A model generated the notes under the pieces. It was given only the letters and a program-made list of their open reading frames with translations. It was not told where the DNA came from and ran no database searches. A stretch of DNA of 49,055 nucleotides, filler included, from Basidiobolus ranarum (Eukaryota): assembly GCA_040143965.1 (NCBI GenBank). It is 2 parts of 2 records of this genome, joined end to end, with 100 filler letters (N's around TTAATTAATTAA, not from the genome) between each part and the next. Parts side by side here need not be neighbours in the genome. Positions count along the whole stretch, not along the records: positions 24,597 to 49,055 come from JASJQH010007028.1; 1 more part is not named here. One strand, 5' to 3'. Shown one piece after another: positions 35,420 through 47,399 of this stretch. Positions within the stretch are counted from its first letter, which is position 1; each line of letters opens with the position of its first letter. Position numbers and translations under genes: made by a program.

Positions 35420-38210
35420 TCAACAATCAGCAATCTGAGGATTTCCTTGGGGATTTTCTTGACGTAGCAAAGTCAAATAATTCAACTTCTCTAATATCTC
35501 TTCAAGGGTAAACTGACGCTCGGCCAAATTCAATTGTTTCATGACCTTAGGGTTCTGCTTGGCGAATTCGAGAATTTTACTCCGATCTAGTCCATAATAG
35601 AGTAAATTATCCAATTCTCGTGGAAACTGGAACAAGAACTCGTTCAATAGCTCAATGTGGATAAACATGCTTGCTGTGTAGACCAATTTCTCCGAAACCA
35701 GGCTTAAAAATACTTCTGGACACATGGTTCGATTCTCCGAATCTCGACACTTTTTGCTTTTGATCGTGGATAAACGTAATTTCAATAACATTGCTCGTTG
35801 TTTCAAGTAGATTGCTTCCTTGGCAATCTCCACTAATCTGGGGTTATGATGATTGCGCAGAGTTTGTTCGTTTAGGTCTAAGTCAACGTTTGCCTTCTTC
35901 AGCCTCTCTTCCTCTTTCTCAATATCTAGCAGATGCTTTATGGCGGATCGAAGTCGAGTCTTACCGACCGTTTTTTTGATGCGTTGGAGAACTTGTTCAC
36001 ACATCGTGATCTCCTTCTCAATCCAGGAGGCGGATCGCTTGACTGCTTCATCCCACTCCTCTTGTGTACTATCCACTTCGTATTTGTACGGTTTGATGGT
36101 GTTCTCCACCTGATCCACTGTAATTGAGTACTTTGCTTGCAGGATTTCCTCGCTAAACTTGAGGATATTTTGTTGCGCATCAGGGTGGTGAATGAATGGC
36201 TCCGTATTGGCAATCCTCTGGACATTGGACATGAGAGTATCTATAATCATCTGCGTTCCCAAGCGGCCCAACCCAGATTTGGTCAGTATAGAAGAACAAG
36301 CATCGAGTTTTTGTTCCCAATACGCTTCCTTCATTGTATCTTTGGTAAGCTTGGAGAGGTTAGGGTCTGACCAATACATCTGCGCACATAGGTCCATCAC
36401 TCGTTGCTCCAATAATTGCCTTAGTTGTGAGCGAATTTCCGGTTTTCCGATGGTACCAGAGAATTCCTTGAATTGAAATTTCAAGGAATCTAAGGTTTCC
36501 GCTAGATAGGACTCTGGAGTTAATTTACGATCATTATATTGTACTTTATATTGATATCGGGTCTCTTCCAATTCCATTCGAATTTGATCCACTAATGAAT
36601 CTAAATTCTCCCCCATGTATTTCTCCAAAATCGTCATCAACTTCTTCCGAAGACTACCTATGCCTAGTTGTGGAAGGTTTTGGAGGTACATCGGATGTGA
36701 GGTAAAGAATGCCTCGTTGTATCGAATGATTTCTTGGCTGGCGTTCTTTTGCGTGGCTTGCTGGTCTTGGCTACAGACTACTCCCATGTAGCCAAGAGTC
36801 AAAGGGTATTCTCGATTGTGAAGTAATTCTACTCCGCTCTCTGGTTGTACGAGGTCCATCTTAGTGATCACTCCAATGGTTCGTGTACCCAAGGGATCTA
36901 CTCTTCTACTGGAAAGAAGGGCCTCAGAGTTGGCCAAATCAACATCGGCTGGACATACGGCCAAGATGATGTTGGGCTCTTGAATGTATGATTCGCACAA
37001 TTCAAAGATCTTCTGCTTTAGTTCGGTGGGTTGATTGACATTGTGAACTTGAATGTACCCAGGTAGATCGATTAATGTCAAGTCAGGTACATTTGGGGAA
37101 TGAATCTTCAGTTCAATCGGCTCGTTAGAAACACATTGACTTTCCGGTACTGAAAGATTCAAATCAGTTAAGGTTTGTTGAATCTGCTGAAAATCCACCA
37201 CTTTATTCATTCCAAGCTGTGGAAATTCTCCGTACTCTTCGTCAGAGTCTGGGGTATGAACCAGAGTCAACTCGAGCGGTCTACGAGTGACCATATTGTT
37301 GCCCTTGGGTAAGAATTCCCTTCCTACAATTGACTCTAGAACGGAGCTTTTTCCAGAGCTTTGAGATCCAATAACAACAATACTAGGTAATTGAATGTCT
37401 AAGCCATCCATTCCTTTAAGTAAATTCCGAATTTCGATCAATTTTTTCGTAAGAAGCATGAATTCGTTCGGACGAATTTGCGGTGGTTGGGGTTTGGATA
37501 CAGTCTTTGGTGTCTCGATGACTTGAATCACCTTGGCTGGTATGGGCTCTATTCTGACTGGTTCCTCTATTGGAATAGGAGGTGTGACTGGTATAGGTAT
37601 GTTTGGAGGAAGAACTTTCTCCGGTTTATATACAGCCTGTTCATCAGTTATAAATAGATTGGAAAAAAAGTCGGCTAGACCAACTTCAGGTAACCCCTTG
37701 TCTTTGGCAGAACCATAAAGTGACCCAATTCTAGATACGCCATCTAGTACCCAATCTGGCACCATTTGGTGAGATAATTCTGTTTCAAGGAGAAAAATAT
37801 CAATGACTGTAATACTTCACTGGTCAGATATAAGAAATAAAGAGCCACATACCATTAACACGATAAGAAATGTAGCCAGCAGTACCAGCACCGACACCAG
37901 CAAAGGCTAAAGGTATCCGAGTAACTTTTAATAAAATTCTTATTGGGGTGAAAGAGGCATTTCTTTGAGGTATCCTATGAAGAGTTATACTCTTAGGAAA
38001 GATGGAGTTGTTAGCATATGAATTAATGGACAAGAGTGAGTTTCTTGGAACTGTTCTTGTATTCACAAGCTTGAGTCCCGTGTTTACTGTGGTGTGAGTA
38101 GCTCGAAAAAAATTGGTAGTTCTCACTAATGGAAAAGATTTGCTTATGGTTGTTCTTAAACTACTGCCTGCCACTCCCCTTGCCACTCCCCTTGCCACTC
38201 TACTATACAT
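35420..38210 (-). CDS. MGM1: Mitochondrial dynamin-like GTPase Mgm1/OPA1, 2 exons
   Basis: Arg-rich presequence plus TM segment in exon 1. LTKKLIEIR, GSQSSGKSSVLE, DLPG, DLANS, TKMD, ELLNEFLFQFPR. Confidence 0.95.
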
Positions 38211-38571
38211 ATTTCAATAGAAACGTATTGACAGAAAAGAAGGGGTTAAGACTAAGTTAAGAAATGATAAGAATCACAAATTTGAAAAGGGATTAGCCTA
38301 AGGTAAGTAATGTGACCAAATCAGTCATTTTTCTGAATGATGAAATGCTGAGGGATGATAACTGCGGGTAGAATAAATACTCCATCACTGGTTGTTGTAT
38401 GAATTGAACACAAGCTACATTGTGATGATTTCATATAAAATGCGGGGTCAGCTCTAAAGGATAAAGTCCTTATATTAGCTAATTTTGGAATGTAGGAGTG
38501 CATTCTCATATCTCTCATAACTTGGACTCCGCTCTTCTCCCTTTGTATCCAACAACGACGGGTAGTATACT

Positions 38572-39870
38572 ATGCGACGCGCTTTTAAGATAGCTTTAGC
38601 TCTAGCTATTATCTTGGCCACCTCCATATATCTTACCATACCAGAACGTGGAGACTCTCTTGGACATTCTTTGGACGTTTCTCTACAACAGAAAAAGATA
38701 GAGGCTTTACCGGAAGAGAAATTTCTTGTATACTTACCTCAAGATACTTTTTATCATCAAAAAATAGGCTTAGAGAACGGGATATTGCTGGCGTACTATC
38801 TAAATCGCACCCTTATCGTACCACCAGTATATCTGGGAAATAGCATAGAATGGGCGCCTTTTGATTCACTCTATTCTCAAGTTACAAGTAAAAGCAAACA
38901 ACTTAAAAAGTATTGTAGTGATATAGTATTAAGCAAATTACCAAGTGAATGCCTTTCTTACACTTCTTGGACCAAACTCCCCTGGTCTTACTTTTTTGAC
39001 TTTTCTAAAATCACCGATTATGTTCGTATCTATGAGGAACAGGATATTTCTATCGAAAATCTAGGCCGATATGGTATCTCAGTGGACGATATTAGTGTGC
39101 TAGAAGAGGATATGAAGTATCACTACAAGTTCTCCGATGCATCTATCCCGACTGATGCCCTCAAAGGCCATTTCAAATCCTTGTTCCATGTCTCCAAGTT
39201 TCAGGATCAAAAGCTACTCTATATTCACTCTTTGAATGGACGAGGCCGCGTGCAGGCTAGCCATCCTAATAACTCTATGGTATTCCAAGAGATGTTGAAA
39301 AGTTATGTATGGAAGAATCAAGCAATTTTGGATGTGGCGAACACTATCATTGACATGCTAGGTGGAGTAGGAAATTATATTGGCGTTGAGATTCCAACCC
39401 TAGGACTCGAGTTTTCGGACCGAACCCCAGAGAATGTTAGGGAGATTCTGGCTACACTTGCGGAGAAGACTCCCGAGTGTCAAAACTCCACTAGATCTAG
39501 CATCCATAAATGCTTACCTCGCACACCAGAAGATATATGCGGTTCACCAATTATCTATCTAAGTACTGATTCAATCAACCCACGCTCGCACACTGACCTG
39601 ACTCCATTATTTCAGCAGTATCCATGCACATTCACCCTACAGGATTTCCACAAAGCGTTTTCATCGTTGAGCAACCAAGTCAACAATGACGACCAGGTCA
39701 ATTTAGCGCCATTCTTGGCTTCTATGACAGAAACCGAGATTGTCTCTAGAGGTTCGTTCGTAGCTAACATAAGGAACTCCATGCAGGGCTCTTATGCAGC
39801 CTTGCTACATGATATATATTTTCACCAAAGAAGTAAAATCTACACAAAGATGGACTTCTCTAACCCGTAG
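38572..39870 (+). CDS. Type II membrane O-fucosyltransferase-like (CigA-like) protein with degenerate motifs
   Basis: N-terminal TM segment, EKFLVYLP..FYHQKIGLENGILLAYYLNRTLIVPPVYLG, IYLSTD..PR, YPCTFTL.DF. Confidence 0.7.
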   Translation: MRRAFKIALALAIILATSIYLTIPERGDSLGHSLDVSLQQKKIEALPEEKFLVYLPQDTFYHQKIGLENGILLAYYLNRTLIVPPVYLGNSIEWAPFDSLYSQVTSKSKQLKKYCSDIVLSKLPSECLSYTSWTKLPWSYFFDFSKITDYVRIYEEQDISIENLGRYGISVDDISVLEEDMKYHYKFSDASIPTDALKGHFKSLFHVSKFQDQKLLYIHSLNGRGRVQASHPNNSMVFQEMLKSYVWKNQAILDVANTIIDMLGGVGNYIGVEIPTLGLEFSDRTPENVREILATLAEKTPECQNSTRSSIHKCLPRTPEDICGSPIIYLSTDSINPRSHTDLTPLFQQYPCTFTLQDFHKAFSSLSNQVNNDDQVNLAPFLASMTETEIVSRGSFVANIRNSMQGSYAALLHDIYFHQRSKIYTKMDFSNP

Positions 39871-40257
39871 AAGCTTGTGTAATATTAATAGCTTAATCCC
39901 ATTCGTCCCATTTGTCTCTATATTTACCAATGTTAATAAATGAAATCCAACATGTTAGCCCCTGAATCTGAATCAAGAACACATATATATATCACATGTT
40001 AATCTAAAAATTCTTTCTGATTTGTCAAACTAATATGAAATGTTGTCTGACTTAGTTGCGGTTGTTATGATTAATTCAGCATCTGAACTTAATTTGTGCG
40101 ATCCTTGATTGTCTTTTTTTGGCGTACTTCTTTGACTCTCTTGTCGTTTAAAGCAATTGATTTTTAGTATTTGTTTGCTCTTTAATCTTGGTTTATATAT
40201 TGACTGGTTTTCAAAAAAAACCTGGATCCTAATAACGAGTATATCTTGTAAGCACTA

Positions 40258-42116
40258 ATGATGGGGGAACCTACTTTGACTATGCCTTCTTTAAGTCCAG
40301 AAGTTTTATCGATCCAACAAGAGCTGGATCAAATACAGGATGAAAACATCAAAGTAAGCTTGGTGAAATATGGAATTTCAGCACTGTCTTAATGTATCCC
40401 CCCATAGAATAACCATTACTCTATGACCACCTCTAGTTATTAACGAAGCTCCAGGAATTTAAAGAAAATAACGCAACTTTAACCGATGAAAATGAGTTTT
40501 TTAAAAAGGTACTTTACGCTCACCTTACTCTTCAGTTGCACCAACTATTAGCGTATGTGTGGAATCTCATACTAAACCTGATCATATTTCACTTTATTAG
40601 AAATATACAACTATTCAACAGGAAACGGCAACTACAGCAAATATGTATAATCGTCTCGAAACACAACTTTATCAATATGAAACAGAACTTAGCGAGTTGA
40701 GACAAGATAACCAAACACTTAATCGTTCACGTCGTGAACTGGAAAAGAAACTAGAACTTGAGGTGAAATTGATGTTTCCTTTGTTGACGATATTATTCTA
40801 TTTTGGAACTAAATCTTACTACCTCCCTTCTTTCACTAGACTATCTCCTTTGAAAAAGAAAGAGCCACTTTTACCGAAAAAATCAATCAACTTTCTACCC
40901 AGGTCAAATCTCTTCAGAGGCTTAAGCATACACCCTCTATAGCACGCTCTGGTACTCGAGGTAATGACCGGTTTATTCCCTAACACCACTTTAACATATA
41001 TAGATCGCTCATTCTTATATCATTGTCACTAGAATCAATGGATGAAGTAAATGAAGCCAAAGCTGAGGATATCTCTATCCTTCTCAAAGAAAGTAAAATT
41101 CTCTCGAAAACGGTCAAATCACAGGATAGACTGATCCTGGAACTTCGGGAAGAGATAGAAAAGGTTCTTAAAGCATGAATTCAATTTATACAATTCAATA
41201 CTTAAATAGTATCTAGGTCAAGCAGGGTACGCGGGCAGCTATCGCACGTTACGAGAATCAATCACTAAAAATGTCGGCACTGGAAAATGAAAAGAATCAG
41301 TTAAAACAAGTGAATCAGACATTAATGGAAGAAAACGAATCGTATCAGGTTCTCTTGCATGAGAAAACAATGAGTGGAAGCTTTATGCTTAATCCTCTTT
41401 TGCAGGTTGGTACTTTTCTGTTTATCATGTTCGTTTGGCTTATGTACTCACCGAGTGTTTAGAATCGATTTGATGCCATCGAGGAAGAGGATGAAGCAGC
41501 CCCTCTGGCTCTAGAGATTCTCTCTATCCCTACTACACCTATTGCTCAAACATTTGCTGAATCGAACTTTATGGTTGAAAGTGAGTTTGGTCGATATCCT
41601 TCTTTATGTTGAAGTATATACTAATTCTGGTTGTTTGAAGAACTCAAAGACGATGTCAAACTGTCCAAGGACGAGAATAAGACATTGAAAGATGAGAACA
41701 AGGCCTTGACCTTATACGTTAATAAAATCCTCACTAGGATTATGGAAAGTGGGCAAATGATGGAGGTCTTGGCTTCCGACTACACTTCGCCCAGAGTTGA
41801 ACCTCTTAAACCTTCAGTGTCGAGCATAAAAAGCGAGAGTTCAGTTGAGCATAGTACTCCACCAGTGAAATCTAACCCAGTCACTCCCCTCCGTGGTAGA
41901 TCCAACACCTTGTATCATCCCCCTACCAAAGTGTCTTTCGATGATACGGAAAGTACAGAAAGCAAGGATGACAGCCCAAGTAAATCTAATCGTATGCGTA
42001 GATCGAATTCTATGAGTGCAAGTCCGATCAATGGATTCCGTGCTGCCTTGAAGAGAATGAGTATGACGGGTTGGAAGAATGGCAATGGCTCCCCGCAACC
42101 AGCACAAACACAGTAA
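40258..42116 (+). CDS. Multi-exon coiled-coil protein with a Rab11-FIP RBD-like segment
   Basis: Many short GT-AG-bounded exons with heptad repeats, LMEENESYQVLLHEKT, ENKALTLYVNKILTRIME. Exact exon chain not fully verified. Confidence 0.7.
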
Positions 42117-42663
42117 ATTCAGCTTCATCTTCTCTCACCTAATCTTTCGACCAGTGAGTTTCTATCTTTTTACCCTCATAATCTAATTTAAGACAGTTTC
42201 ACTGCCTGAAAGTATGCCGTCGATCGCCATTAGCTATCACCACATAAATATCCACCTCATGCCGTTTTATTAATAATGTTGTATACCTACTGTTCCCTTC
42301 CCTCTTCTCTTCTTTCGCCCGCTTTGACTCGTGCTGTGAAACAAATAACGCAATTCTTTACCCAGTTCCTGTCAATTCTAAAAGTTACTTTTTATCTATT
42401 TACACCCTGTTTTATTACTTTTGAGTCAAGGTATCTTACTCACCCTCCAAATACATAAAGATGCCAATTCATTCAACTACCAAGACTTGTTTCATTGTTT
42501 CTATAGACAGAAATAATTATCTACCATGAAAGCATTTACTCTATTATTGAATTCACCTTTACTACAAAGAGAATGTCTTGGGATTAAAGTGTGATATAAT
42601 GTGTATTCTAAGTGGGTTACTGGGATTTACGTCTAGGGGAAAATTGATATTTCAATATGGGGA

Positions 42664-43644
42664 TTAATAGCTACAATACATTTGATTCACCTCTCCGTAA
42701 CATAAAGTGCCTGGAGCACATCGACGATTGTATTCGTAACCGTTAGTACAGACCTTAAATTCTGATGATTGTCCAGAGTTAACGCATTTCACTTCATAAC
42801 CCGAGCAACGAACAAGCTTATTGTCGGTAGTGACGTTGTTAATATGTGGGGTGTTTGACTTGGTAGCTTTCACTGGTTCATCAATTTTGGATGGTTTAAC
42901 GGGTGGATTGGTCTTCATTGGTTTGATGGGTTTAGTAGGCTCGGTTTCTTGTTCTGATTCTACTTCAGAATCCGAGAAACCTTCGGACTCGGAATCACTC
43001 GAAGGTTCAGATGTACTGTTATTGTTGGCTATGATTTTAACTATCGGTCTCTTGGGGAAAAGATCTTTGCCGCTGTATTCACCAAAAGTAAATTCCGGTA
43101 TAGTGACATAACCAGGGAGATTCACTACCAGGAGTTTAGGCCCCGATACATAACCATTGGGTTTTCCCAGTATCTCAATATCTGCACAGTTCATATAGTA
43201 CTCTCGATTTCCTGTCTTATTGATCCAAGTCCAGGCCAAAGTAGCCCGACCGCTGGGGGCACCACTAGGGATTGTAACATTAAACACGAGTGAACCAATT
43301 AAGCAGTCATCAAATACATCCTTTAGAACGACAAAAGTTTTATCATCATAAGAGATGGCAAATTGGCAATGTCCTCCATTATGTGGAGCTCCTCCTCCAA
43401 TTTTAACTGGAAAAGTATTCCCCGCTTTAATGGTCTGAACTACCCCTCCTTTATGATACCCGCGACAAGGGAATGGCCAGCGACTTGGATCTAAAGGAGA
43501 GTTCATATCAAAGTCTGGATAGCCTTTGTAGGTGGGATTAAATTGGGACATACGTGGTGGTGGCTGAACCATCTCCATATGACCACTAACATATGAAGTA
43601 ATAGTTAGCAAAATTACGGACAGGGTTAATCTAAAGTAAATCAT
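42664..43644 (-). CDS. Secreted AA11-like lytic polysaccharide monooxygenase with linker and C-terminal Cys-rich (CBM19-like) module
   Basis: Signal ending VSG then N-terminal His (HMEMVQPPPR), FPCRG, APHNGGHCQF, WTWIN..GNREYYMNCADI, S/E/P/K linker, C..CVNSG...VCTNG....CAPGTLC. Confidence 0.85.
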   Translation of the reverse strand: MIYFRLTLSVILLTITSYVSGHMEMVQPPPRMSQFNPTYKGYPDFDMNSPLDPSRWPFPCRGYHKGGVVQTIKAGNTFPVKIGGGAPHNGGHCQFAISYDDKTFVVLKDVFDDCLIGSLVFNVTIPSGAPSGRATLAWTWINKTGNREYYMNCADIEILGKPNGYVSGPKLLVVNLPGYVTIPEFTFGEYSGKDLFPKRPIVKIIANNNSTSEPSSDSESEGFSDSEVESEQETEPTKPIKPMKTNPPVKPSKIDEPVKATKSNTPHINNVTTDNKLVRCSGYEVKCVNSGQSSEFKVCTNGYEYNRRCAPGTLCYGEVNQMYCSY

Positions 43645-44407
43645 TATATTAGGGGTTAAGTACTAAGAAGATGAAGAGAAGGCAAGTTATATATATTCAA
43701 ATACTGAACATTTTGTCCAGGTTTTCCTTATTGTCTGGTATCATTGTATCGGCGAACATTTGTATGAGTTTTATTAAATTGGATCACATAATGACTAGTA
43801 CAATATCCATATTCGCTGTGGAAAAGTAAAATCAATCGATATAAGAGATCCTACTAACGGTTAAAGATTCAATTGTCCAGATCAATAAGATATCGTCATT
43901 GTAACTCCGCTAACAGAGGAAAGTTGTTAAGGGGGGAATGGTCTATCTGTGCTATAAGATTCCTTCACTTCAAACGTTAAACAGGATATATGGAGCCGGT
44001 AGAACTGACATCCCGCATTTACCTATATTGGAATATAAATGCACCAACTTAACACCTCATGATCAGGAACGCTGACTTCTATTTTTATATAACCTTTTTG
44101 CATTCAAAGTACCAGTCTTAGTGCATATATAAATAAATCCAAAATTCACCCACCCAATTGTGGTGCAATGAGAGCAAACAAACAAATGTATACGATCTGA
44201 GTTTTCAAAACCTGTCCAGTAACCAGGTCTGGCAATATGCGGCGTTTTTTTGAGAATCATATTCAAGTTTTCCTTATGCAACATTATCTCTGCTAGTGGC
44301 ACGATTATGATTGATCAACATTCTGTGAGTGTACTTTTGGTCCAGAAGTAAATGCCTACTTAAACTCGACTCTGTCTTGGTGTTCTCTATTCTATCAGTC
44401 TTTTATA

Positions 44408-45694
44408 ATGAAAATCTCAACCTCTCTCGCTTTAACTGCCTTTGCTTCTGTCATCTTGGCTCAAGGTGGTAGTACGGATGATACGATCGAAAAATCCTTT
44501 CCTGCAGACCTGGTTCAAACTCCTCATCAGAAGTACATTATCAATGGTGAGAGTGATCAACCTAACAGCCAAAAGACCAGACTTGAATATTTAGCCAAAG
44601 CGCCCTATAGAGCTGTCTTCCCTAGCAAAGGCTTTCGGAGAATGTATAACAAAAGAAACATCATGAGTTCACCGCACGTTGCATCCTTGATCGCACAAAA
44701 GCCAACCTTTAAATCGAAAGATGGAAGTATCACATCTCTAACTGCAGATAACTTTCCAATTCTTAAAAGGTTATCAATACGCCGTCTTCTCTTGGAACCC
44801 AAGAGTGTGCGCGAACCACATTGGTATGCCAATAGCAACGAACTCGCCTACTGCTTACGCGGAGAGCTTCTCGTAACTATATTTGAAAATGACAACAAGT
44901 TCAATAGATTCACAATAAGTGCTGGCCAGATGTTCTATGTACCTTCGGGAGCTCTACACCACCTTGAAAACGCTGGAGAAAAGGAGGCAGAGGTTATTTT
45001 TGCCTTCACTCATGAAAGACCCGAAGATTTTGGTCTATCTAGTGCATTTGGGGCCATGTCAGATGCAGTGCTAGGCAACACCTACAATCTGCCTGCAAAA
45101 TCTTTTGAAGCATTTAACAGAACAACTCACGACACAGTAATTGGTCACCGACAATCAGTTCCGTCTATCCCCACAGAAGCACGATGGGGTAATCCACATA
45201 AACTTGACATTGAGGCTACCTTAGGATCAATTTCATCGCTTGCTGGATCAGCTAAAACCGCGCGTAAGCAGTTTTGGCCCATTTTGGACGATATCTCTAT
45301 GTACTCAGTACGAGTTACCGATCAAGGCATGCGAGAGCCACATTGGCACCCAACCACAGCCGAAATGGCTTACGTTGCCAAGGGGCATGCCAGGATAACA
45401 GTTATGAACCCCGGAGGTGGTTTAGATACCTTTTTACTCAAGACTGGTGATGTGTACTTCATTCCTAGTGCATATCCACACCATATCGAGAATATTGGTC
45501 AAGGAGATATTCACTTTTTGATTTTCTTCGATCAAAATACGCCCGGTGATATTGGTTATAAAGCATCTACTAGTGGATATTCTCGTGATACCTTGACTGC
45601 AGCATTTAAAATCGACCCTCAGAATTTGCCAGTCCTACCGTTCACTGTTAAAGATCCTTCAATCATTGAAAGAATCAATCCTATAGACAAATAA
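44408..45694 (+). CDS. Secreted bicupin, oxalate decarboxylase/oxidase family, intronless
   Basis: Signal peptide. Cupin1 REPHWYANSNEL...LHHLEN, cupin2 REPHWHPTTAEMAY...PHHIEN. Confidence 0.88.
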   Translation: MKISTSLALTAFASVILAQGGSTDDTIEKSFPADLVQTPHQKYIINGESDQPNSQKTRLEYLAKAPYRAVFPSKGFRRMYNKRNIMSSPHVASLIAQKPTFKSKDGSITSLTADNFPILKRLSIRRLLLEPKSVREPHWYANSNELAYCLRGELLVTIFENDNKFNRFTISAGQMFYVPSGALHHLENAGEKEAEVIFAFTHERPEDFGLSSAFGAMSDAVLGNTYNLPAKSFEAFNRTTHDTVIGHRQSVPSIPTEARWGNPHKLDIEATLGSISSLAGSAKTARKQFWPILDDISMYSVRVTDQGMREPHWHPTTAEMAYVAKGHARITVMNPGGGLDTFLLKTGDVYFIPSAYPHHIENIGQGDIHFLIFFDQNTPGDIGYKASTSGYSRDTLTAAFKIDPQNLPVLPFTVKDPSIIERINPIDK

Positions 45695-47399
45695 TTAAAC
45701 ACCAGCCCTAACCTTACATCATGCAATTACCCAAGATTGTATCCCTATTTACAATAAAAATCTGATAACTGTTGATAGCATGTCAATTAGAATAACTGAC
45801 TAAAATTACATGGATATGGTAACATTGTTACATCCTTGATCGAATTATAAATAGGTAGGTTTGTTTATTTTACCGAAAGAAGTGGTAACTATAATAATTA
45901 TAATGGTCAAGAATCAAGTTTCATGTCGAGAATATTGGATGTTACTAGAAAGAGGAGAAAAGTGCTGATGTAAGGCTTGCCACTGACGATGATCATATTA
46001 CCTAAAGCGTCAACCCTCACCACGAAATTTTTCTGGTACCATGATTACATCGCCGCTACTGAAGTTTAAGCTTATTTGCAGCTTTTGCACTTACCAGATA
46101 TCAGTACCAGTCTATTGGACAAGCCTTCTAGTGGTTGATCATTGTCATCAATGGCAAAGTTTATGTCATTGTAATGGCCAGTAATATTGACTGTTTATGA
46201 TCATTTTCACCAGATTTGTAACTAAGATTGGATTCTAAAACCGGTATTCTCTTTATGCAAATATTGGCACATCTTGGATAAAACTATAATTAGCTAGGCT
46301 TGTTTATTTTACCAAAGGATTCCTTATGAACTAGAATAATGATGCTTCACCGACTGGAAAAGGTCATACTGCTAACAAATGAATGGTGCAAGTAAGAAAT
46401 ACAACTTCAATAGTGCCCAACTACTGATTGTACTCTTTGACATCGGTAAGTCATGATATCATCACTGTTACTCAGCCAGGTTACAATTGGCGCTATAGGC
46501 AGTATTGATGAACATTCTATCCCTAAGCGCCTACAAACGTCAGCTAGGCTTATTTGGTAAAGCTCATGATAGTCAAGTAAAGAGTCATGTTCGGTTTGCA
46601 TTCAAATTGAAAAGTTCTTCAGAATTAATAACGTACATTTCCAACATCTGATTATCAGTTACGAAAGTGGAATAAACCTACTAATTTGCTTATCCATTCC
46701 ATAATGAAATCTGAGAGAAGAGATGGTGAATCGCAAAAGAATGGAAATCATTGGAGGCTTTACAATATCTCTCACATTGGCATGTATTAGGAAATTTTAT
46801 TCGACTCTGGCCATCAGTTACTTGAGGTTGCATATCCTCCGTCATGAAATAATTCGTCTCTTTAATTAGATCTACCAGTCATGGCATGAATACCAACGTT
46901 ACAAGGATATCCTTCTCTCCAATCAGGAGAAGCGAACGGCGTTGTGATGGGCCTCCTTGGGCACCTTCAACATTGTGATTCAAGACTGTAGAGCTGTTGA
47001 GGTTGGGACAAATCCAGTAGCAATGAACTTAAAATCAAGTTGCGGTCTCATCATCATCTACTTGCCACTAATCTCCTAAAACGGATCATGGTCTTGGGTG
47101 AATCGGGTCAAACAGTCAATGGATTCTTCAGCGCCAAAGCACAGTTGCTTGTTGGCCGGAGTATTTACACATATGTATCATATCCTAGATAGCACTCCTT
47201 GATTCAATCTGGAAACTCAAGAGTGTGTAATTGAATGAGCTCAATTGATCTGAGGTTTCTCTGTATTTAGAGAAGAGTTTACGTAAATGTGCTGTATCTG
47301 TTTGCCACATATATTATTGTTTATAGCATAAGAATCCACAGAAAATTCTCACTATGGATGTGTAAGTAGCCGGTACCAATCTAACCCTAAGAGCCATTG

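Noticed and set aside
38169-38199. 12-bp tandem repeat (ARGV repeats) in the MGM1 presequence
   Set aside because: Minor slippage in a fast-evolving targeting peptide.
41590-41605. ATATCCTT resembling a U12 5' splice site
   Set aside because: It lies inside an ordinary GTGAGT...AG intron. No convincing U12 intron was seen in the window.
45900-47250. Possible pseudogene with coding-like composition
   Set aside because: The frames I read are interrupted and show no recognisable motif, so I cannot support a call.
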